In this document: positions 58,088 through 64,000 of the stretch, one piece after another
Position numbering within the stretch: the stretch's first letter is position 1
Layout: every line of letters starts with the position of its first letter
DNA from: Candidatus Zambryskibacteria bacterium RIFOXYD1_FULL_40_13
GTDB taxonomy: Bacteria; Patescibacteriota; Minisyncoccia; Phycocordibacterales; DATDWN01
NCBI GenBank assembly: GCA_001824295.1
Contig: MHWY01000001.1
Span: 5,034-69,033, forward strand
DNA length: 64,000 nt
Reading direction: 5' to 3'
Position numbers and translations under genes: made by a program
Notes under the pieces: model-generated
The model's database searches: none
Told to the model about the DNA's origin: nothing
Seen by the model: only the letters and a program-made list of their open reading frames with translations

Positions 58088-60349
58088 ATGGAGGGGATAA
58101 AATTAAACCAAGAAATACCTGAAAATAAGTCTACTGGGACTCTAGAACAGGTATATCAAGCTCTAAATCCAAACAGAGAGAAACAAATTCTTGCCAAATT
58201 TACTCCAGAACAGCAAGAAGAAATTAGGCAGAAACAACAAATACTCTCCTCTTTGGCTTACTTTGTAGGTAAGGACTTCCGCATACCAGTTGAATTAAAT
58301 GAGCCAGGGGGCGGTTGGTACTGGAATTTTAAAGATAATGAAATAAGAATTGATCCAAAAGATCTTCTGGAAAAATCAATGGATTATTTGAGATTTGTTA
58401 TCTCTCATGAAGGAGGACATAGGAGAATAAGTAGGACAGATTTCATACCCTTAGAAGAATGGCAACAGCCAGGATTCTCTTTCATGACGAATGCTATAGA
58501 AGATCCAAGGGATAATAATTTCGTAGCTGAAAGTTATCCAAAATTCAGAGAACAAATGAGTTTGGCATATGAACAAGACTTAGATTTTGAGGCAAAAGCT
58601 AAAGAAAAAGCCGATCAAAAACTTGGATATAAACCTAGATTTATGCAGGCTGGATTTGAATATATAAAACAGTGGTTTAGAGAAACCAAAGGGCAGGATT
58701 TTGAAATTTCTCCTGATTTACCAGAAGAGGTTAGGGTTGTGGTTGAGGCAACCCTAGAGTCAGCTCAAGATTCTTGGCTTCGATATCCATCACGACAAGA
58801 AGCAGATAAAAGTGAGGAATTGATCAGGAAATATGCCGAACTTTCATACAAAATCAATCGCGACTTTGTCTGGCCAGAATTTAAAAAGTTAATTGATGCT
58901 GATATGGAAGATCAGAAAATGGAAGAACTTTTGAAAGATATGCAAAAAAATAAGGACGGAGGGGAAGAAAAAAACGATGGAAAAATAAAATTGCCACAAG
59001 AACTGAAAGACAAACTAACTCCAGAAGAACAACAAACTCTTGAAGAGGCTATTAAAAAAGCAATTGAGCAAGCTAAAAAAGAACAGCAAGAGGCTAAAGA
59101 AAAAGCAGAAAAAGATATTAAGAAACAAGGCGAAGCTACGACAGAAAAGGGAGAAAAAACTGAAGGCACTCCCGAGCCAGACGCAGATGGTACACCCCAA
59201 GATATAGAAGGAGAAAAATCGGGAGGGGGTAAGCCAATAAATCTTGACTCTCTGTCAGAAGAATTGAAACAAAAAATTAAGGATTATATTTATTCACTTC
59301 CAGAAGAAGAACAAAGAGAAATTAAAGAACAAGCAGAAAAAGTCTTTAAAGAATTCGAGGATGCTTTGAGTGAAGAACTGCAAGGTAAACTCTCAGATAA
59401 TCCAGATAAAAAAGCCGAGAGAGAATCAAAAGATAAACCTAAAGAAGAACTAGAAAAGGAAGAAAAAACCGAAAAGGGCAGACCAGAAGTCGATGAAGAG
59501 GAATTGAGAAAATATAAAGATAGGGTCGCAAAGGAACTCAAAAAAGATGAAAATTTATATGAACATATGCGACAAGAAGTTTTGCCTCTTATAGATAAAC
59601 TCGAAAATGAACTGCGAGAAATATTCGTTGCTCGTCGAGCTCAGGGGTGGAAAAGTGGTTTTACTACAGGCAAGAGAATTGACATAAAAAGAAGAATTCA
59701 AGAAAAAGCCAAATCAGTCCATGCAATGGAAAGCAAAGCATGGCAAAAAAGAGAACTACCAAAAGAAAAGGACTATGCCATTTCTATGTTGGTTGATTTG
59801 TCAGGTTCAATGTCAAACGGAAATAAAATACGAGAGACATTCAAGGCTGTCATTGTCTTGTCAGAGGTATTAAATCGTTTGTCTATTAATCTTGAAGTAC
59901 TTGGTTTTAATGATCGAATTTATGAGTATCAGGATTTCGGAGAACAGATGTCAAAACTTATACGAGAACATATGGGGGGTATGCTTGCCGAAGTAAATGA
60001 TACGAGTGATACAGGTAAGGCTAGATGGAATGATGATGGGTGGGCATTGGAACAAGCATCTGATAGATTGGCTCGACAAAAAGCGGACCAAAAATTCTTG
60101 ATAGTTATGTCTGACGGTACACCCGAAGAATCTTCCATGCACCCAAGAGCCAAATATGAACTTGGTAAGATGATTAAAAAAGTTCTAGAGGAAAGTGATG
60201 TTCGCCTTGTGGGTCTTGGTATCGGTCAAGGAACTGAGCATGTAAGTAGATATTATCCAAACAGTATTGCAAATGTGAAGGTAGAAGAAATGGCAGAAAA
60301 ATTAGCTGATCTTATAAGAGAAGTCATTGCTAATTACGAAAATTTTTAG
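58088..60349 (+). CDS. VWA-domain protein with N-terminal HExxH domain (CobT/NorD-like architecture)
   Basis: HEGGH and NAIEDPR; charged linker; MIDAS DLSGSM...MSDG. Start is 58082 or 58088. Confidence 0.85.
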   Translation: MEGIKLNQEIPENKSTGTLEQVYQALNPNREKQILAKFTPEQQEEIRQKQQILSSLAYFVGKDFRIPVELNEPGGGWYWNFKDNEIRIDPKDLLEKSMDYLRFVISHEGGHRRISRTDFIPLEEWQQPGFSFMTNAIEDPRDNNFVAESYPKFREQMSLAYEQDLDFEAKAKEKADQKLGYKPRFMQAGFEYIKQWFRETKGQDFEISPDLPEEVRVVVEATLESAQDSWLRYPSRQEADKSEELIRKYAELSYKINRDFVWPEFKKLIDADMEDQKMEELLKDMQKNKDGGEEKNDGKIKLPQELKDKLTPEEQQTLEEAIKKAIEQAKKEQQEAKEKAEKDIKKQGEATTEKGEKTEGTPEPDADGTPQDIEGEKSGGGKPINLDSLSEELKQKIKDYIYSLPEEEQREIKEQAEKVFKEFEDALSEELQGKLSDNPDKKAERESKDKPKEELEKEEKTEKGRPEVDEEELRKYKDRVAKELKKDENLYEHMRQEVLPLIDKLENELREIFVARRAQGWKSGFTTGKRIDIKRRIQEKAKSVHAMESKAWQKRELPKEKDYAISMLVDLSGSMSNGNKIRETFKAVIVLSEVLNRLSINLEVLGFNDRIYEYQDFGEQMSKLIREHMGGMLAEVNDTSDTGKARWNDDGWALEQASDRLARQKADQKFLIVMSDGTPEESSMHPRAKYELGKMIKKVLEESDVRLVGLGIGQGTEHVSRYYPNSIANVKVEEMAEKLADLIREVIANYENF

Positions 60350-60363
60350 TATAAATAAGCTGT

Positions 60364-60777
60364 ATGAAAGAGACTGAAAATAAAGAATTTATAGATTTTC
60401 TGAAGGTGGCTTTTGGTCAAAAAGAGGTTGGATTGATTATGGCTAAAAATAGAGATGAATTAGGTGATTTTTCTAGAATAATGGATAATGAGGGATTTAA
60501 GAGATCAGATAATATTTTGGATTTATTAAATTCTCCAAAAATGTATCTCTCTGTTGATGAAAATATGAATAAAGATGTTTATGATTTTATTGTTCAATAC
60601 CCAACAGGTCAAGTGGAAATATTTGATAATACAGCAATGAAATCGAACACATTTTCACCAAACCATACTAATAGTTGTGTAGTTATTCTTGTTCTAAAAG
60701 AAGACTTGAGCAAAATTCAAGAAAAAGGTTGGGATATTTTGTCTCTATGTGGCGTAACATATCAATCACAAATTTAA
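60364..60777 (+). CDS. Hypothetical protein in the VWA-AAA operon
   Basis: 14 and 11 nt from its neighbours, same strand. Confidence 0.75.
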   Translation: MKETENKEFIDFLKVAFGQKEVGLIMAKNRDELGDFSRIMDNEGFKRSDNILDLLNSPKMYLSVDENMNKDVYDFIVQYPTGQVEIFDNTAMKSNTFSPNHTNSCVVILVLKEDLSKIQEKGWDILSLCGVTYQSQI

Positions 60778-60788
60778 TTTTTTAAATT

Positions 60789-62960
60789 ATGAAATTCGGC
60801 GAATCACAATTTAATGCTCTGAATACAGAAAATCCTAACAAAAATGAAGGGTTGAAAAACCCTGAGCCTCTAGATAATACTGACCCAATAGCCGAAGACG
60901 AGGATTCAATGTCATATTTAGGAGTTACACTAGAAAAAGCAAAATCTGGACACGATCAATTTGTACCAAAAAGGGAGCAGTATGGAGATTTCATAAATGA
61001 TAAAGAAGTGGCATTACCACTTCAAAGGGATGTGGCGGTTGCCTTCATGAGTGGAGAACCACTTCTCGTAGACGGAGGCACTTCTCTTGGTAAAACTACT
61101 ACAATTAGGAAAATGGCAAGCGAGCTCGGTTGGGAGGTCCACTATGCAAACTTAAATGGTGCGACGGATGTGGAAGATCTCATGGGTAGATATATCCCTA
61201 ATCCTCACAAGAATAAACCTGAAGATCCGGAATATATTTTTGCGGATGGAAAAGTAACCAGTGGTTTGAGACAAGAAGAAGGTAAGGTTAAGGTTATTAT
61301 ATTGGATGAATTTAACGCTTCGGCTCCAAACATTCTCATTCGCCTCCATGAAGTGCTGGACTCTCTAGAAAGAGGTGGAGACGTTATATTATCGGAAGAT
61401 GCTTCGGAAGCGGTGGCAGTAAACAAAGGAGTGACTAAAATCGTTGCACTGATGAACCCTCCAGGTAAAGGATACTTTGGACGAGAACCATTAGACCCTG
61501 CTCAACTTCGTAGATGGGTATATAAAAAACTTCCGTCTGAATTACCTGCAAATACATTCTCTTATGCAACAGACTCTCTTTTTGGATTGGCTAGTGAACA
61601 ACAGAACATAACTCCTGATATGTTCTTGCGAGCCAGAGGGGAAGGTTTAACACATGAACAACTACAAGATATTCCTGGTCTTCCTGAGGTCTTGGAGAAA
61701 TACAAAGAGTTCCATAAGGCCTCAAAAGAACTGTTAAAAAACAGAAAGATTGCTGAAGATCAACCACAACCTTTTACTTATGATGATCGTATGGAACCTC
61801 GCAGAGTCAGAGATTTTATTTTGAGATTTTATAATGGAGATCTCAATGAGACCATGCAACAAGCTCTCCGTTATTACTATGCAAATAAACTAGAAAGTGA
61901 CGCTGATAGAAAAAAGCTTGGCGAGCTCATACGATTAGTTGAATATAAAGCAAAACCTGGAGAGTCGAAAAGGAAAGGTTTGGAAGTGGGAGTCTCTAAA
62001 GAAAAAGCTGGTCTAATAAATGATATAGAAAAACTAAAAGCTGAAGTTGAAGCAAGTGGAAAATTGCCAAAAACAGAGTCTAAGGATTCACCAGATACTC
62101 TGTTAAAGAAAATGGAGTTAGCCAAAGAAATGCTCGGTAAGGATTTCATGGGCCCAGAAAAAATTGAGAAAGCTTTTGGTATTAAATTAGCCACAGAAGA
62201 TATTCCAGATATGCCGTATTCAATTGAGGATCTTGAGCGAGCCAAAGAAAACGGAGAAATGCTTGTGTTAGGGGTAGACAAAGATTCAAGCGGTAAGCTT
62301 CTTACCATAGCTCATATGCTTGAAATGATTCCTGAACTAAAGGATCCGACCACAGGAGAAAAGATTAAAGTTTTATATGGTCAAGAAAAACCTGGTTCTA
62401 AATTGGCTGATGATTGTTGGTATAGAAATGAGCCATTTTATACAGGTGTTAATAAAGATGGTACCATTATCCCAGATGCCCATCCTCGTCTCAGATGGAG
62501 ATTAACATCAAAAGCCCCCCTTCCTGAATCAATAGCCACTTCTTATGGCGGTACCGCTGAAAAATCTACTAACTATGTTGAACAAACAAAGATTTTAAGA
62601 GAATATCTTACGTCTGTAGGGTCTCTCTCTGAAGATGAGGCGAAAGAATCTTCCGATAAAGTTCTTACAGAAATATCAAAACTCATGGAGTCTGACTGGA
62701 AAGAAGCGGCTAAAAGACTTTCTGAACTTACAATAAACAAAAATCACAGAAGACTTCCTCCAGAAGTTATTTACGATATATTGCTTTCCATAAAAGGAAA
62801 TGACGAGCGAATTATGGAACAAGTATATGATTGGACAGCGGCCCTTTCGTCTGGTGGCGAGCTGGTGTCTGTCGGCGGCGCTTACCGTGGCGGTGTGGGC
62901 GTCAGCGCCGACGGGCCCGACGGTCGCGATGGCCCTCTTGGTGTCGTTTCTCTCCGCTAG
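60789..62960 (+). CDS. MoxR/AAA_5-type AAA+ ATPase with C-terminal putative DGR-diversified domain
   Basis: Walker A GGTSLGKT, Walker B IILDE, MNP, DPAQLRR; C-terminus DWT...LGVVSLR. Confidence 0.88.
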   Translation: MKFGESQFNALNTENPNKNEGLKNPEPLDNTDPIAEDEDSMSYLGVTLEKAKSGHDQFVPKREQYGDFINDKEVALPLQRDVAVAFMSGEPLLVDGGTSLGKTTTIRKMASELGWEVHYANLNGATDVEDLMGRYIPNPHKNKPEDPEYIFADGKVTSGLRQEEGKVKVIILDEFNASAPNILIRLHEVLDSLERGGDVILSEDASEAVAVNKGVTKIVALMNPPGKGYFGREPLDPAQLRRWVYKKLPSELPANTFSYATDSLFGLASEQQNITPDMFLRARGEGLTHEQLQDIPGLPEVLEKYKEFHKASKELLKNRKIAEDQPQPFTYDDRMEPRRVRDFILRFYNGDLNETMQQALRYYYANKLESDADRKKLGELIRLVEYKAKPGESKRKGLEVGVSKEKAGLINDIEKLKAEVEASGKLPKTESKDSPDTLLKKMELAKEMLGKDFMGPEKIEKAFGIKLATEDIPDMPYSIEDLERAKENGEMLVLGVDKDSSGKLLTIAHMLEMIPELKDPTTGEKIKVLYGQEKPGSKLADDCWYRNEPFYTGVNKDGTIIPDAHPRLRWRLTSKAPLPESIATSYGGTAEKSTNYVEQTKILREYLTSVGSLSEDEAKESSDKVLTEISKLMESDWKEAAKRLSELTINKNHRRLPPEVIYDILLSIKGNDERIMEQVYDWTAALSSGGELVSVGGAYRGGVGVSADGPDGRDGPLGVVSLR
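62841..62960 (+). repeat. Putative DGR variable region VR1
   Basis: Only 6 A in the 117 coding nt; 58/67 identical to 63934-64000, all mismatches at codon positions 1 or 2. Confidence 0.82.
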
Positions 62961-63057
62961 TTCTTCTCTCTTGAAACTTTGACCTTTTCTTCTTTGATTC
63001 TTTGGTATTCCTCGCGATAATTTTTTGTGTTATACTAGCTTTAAATAGACAATAAAT

Positions 63058-64000
63058 ATGGAAGGTATACCTACAACTCCAAGTAAAGAAAAAAGTCTTG
63101 AAAAAGATGAGTTTTCAGGTTCCAAGACTCTCGAAGAAATAGCTAGAATACAAAAAGGTCGAGACCTCAGCGCTTTGAGTGTGAAGGAACTCTCTTCTAT
63201 AAGAGAAAAGTACATCAGATTGAAACAAGAGTTAAATATTGGTGGAAAGGAAGTGAAAGAAGGAATGGAAACTTCCTATGAGCAAGCTCAAGAGATTATG
63301 GGAGAAAGTTTTTATGGGACAGAAGAAATAAAGAACACTTTTGGATTTGAATTTCCGAAAGAAAAAATACCCCATGTTCCGTATACTCCCGAAGTGCTTG
63401 AAAAAGCAAAGGAAAATGGAGAGATGTTGGTGTTACGTGTAGAAAGCGATGGATCGGGCTCTTCTATAACCATGCAAAGAATGAATGAAATCATGCAGAC
63501 CATTCTGGAGAAGGATAGTGAGGAAGAACAGGAAAAGTTGCTTTATGATACTAATTGGTATCACGAGGAAGATTTCTTTAAAAATGCTTCCTTAAAGACT
63601 GAGTGGAGAATAGTCGGCAAAGAATTCATACCAGACTCAACGAGTAAGAATTATATAGAACAGACTAAGATATTACGAGACTATCTCTTTGGTTTAGAGT
63701 CACTCTCTGAAGAAGAGAAATCAGAATGTACCGATGAGCTACTTGAAGGACTTCAAAAAATGCTTGATGACGATTATGATAAAAATTGGCAAGAGGTTGC
63801 CAAGAAACTTTCAGAGCTTTTGGTTAATAAAAATCACAGACGAATTCCAGCAGAAATATTATATGATTGGGTTTTACAGTTTAGAAATAGAAAAGATCGA
63901 GGTATTTTGGAAGAAAATTATGACTGGTCAAACACCCTTTCGTCTGATGGCGGGCTGGTGTATGTCGGCTACGCTGACCGTGGCGGTGTGGACGTCGGCG
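63058..64000 (+). CDS. Second putative DGR target; paralog of the ATPase C-terminal domain (3'-truncated)
   Basis: Open frame from ATG 63058 to the edge; shares AKENGEMLVL, NYxEQTKILR, LSEL..NKNHRR and YDW with the upstream gene. Missing from the supplied ORF track. Confidence 0.88.
   Translation, partial: MEGIPTTPSKEKSLEKDEFSGSKTLEEIARIQKGRDLSALSVKELSSIREKYIRLKQELNIGGKEVKEGMETSYEQAQEIMGESFYGTEEIKNTFGFEFPKEKIPHVPYTPEVLEKAKENGEMLVLRVESDGSGSSITMQRMNEIMQTILEKDSEEEQEKLLYDTNWYHEEDFFKNASLKTEWRIVGKEFIPDSTSKNYIEQTKILRDYLFGLESLSEEEKSECTDELLEGLQKMLDDDYDKNWQEVAKKLSELLVNKNHRRIPAEILYDWVLQFRNRKDRGILEENYDWSNTLSSDGGLVYVGYADRGGVDVG
63934..64000 (+). repeat. Putative DGR variable region VR2 (partial)
   Basis: Near-identical to 62841-62907. 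Confidence 0.82.

Noticed and set aside
62961-63030. GC hairpin/IMH element after VR1
   Set aside because: Only a pyrimidine-rich tract is visible; IMH cannot be defined without the TR.
1-64000. Alternative genetic code (UGA=Gly), inteins or introns in core genes, prophage
   Set aside because: Core genes are intact under code 11 at about expected lengths, and no structural phage genes were recognised.

Overview
AT-rich bacterial chromosome segment using standard code 11. Gene content and style point to a Patescibacteria/CPR (Parcubacteria-like) genome; this is an inference. Most of the window is housekeeping genes: typA, truB, hisS, uppP, rpoB-rpoC-dnaG-rpoD, lexA, trmD, rpsP, rnr, a short smc, rnc, a nusB-Nudix fusion, rpmF, rnhB, dnaE, thrS, gyrB and a single-chain PheRS. 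Five things stand out. (1) At the right end is a probable island encoding a HExxH/VWA protein, a small ORF, a MoxR-type AAA+ ATPase and a paralog of its C-terminal domain. The last two end in near-identical, adenine-depleted repeats that differ only at codon positions 1 and 2, the signature of diversity-generating retroelement (DGR) variable regions. No template repeat or reverse transcriptase is visible in the window. (2) Two families of dispersed, covarying structured intergenic elements, four copies each. (3) About 16 GC-richer orphan single-gene units with strong Shine-Dalgarno sites and usually their own promoter and terminator, set among apparently leaderless host genes. (4) Amino-acid-sensing leaders: an atypical T-box on thrS, a Phe-rich leader-peptide attenuator on pheS and a second attenuator on an unknown enzyme next to it. 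(5) A GAAC-N4-GTTC operator in the lexA promoter. No rRNA, tRNA or CRISPR array was seen. All calls come from reading the sequence by eye, without database searches.
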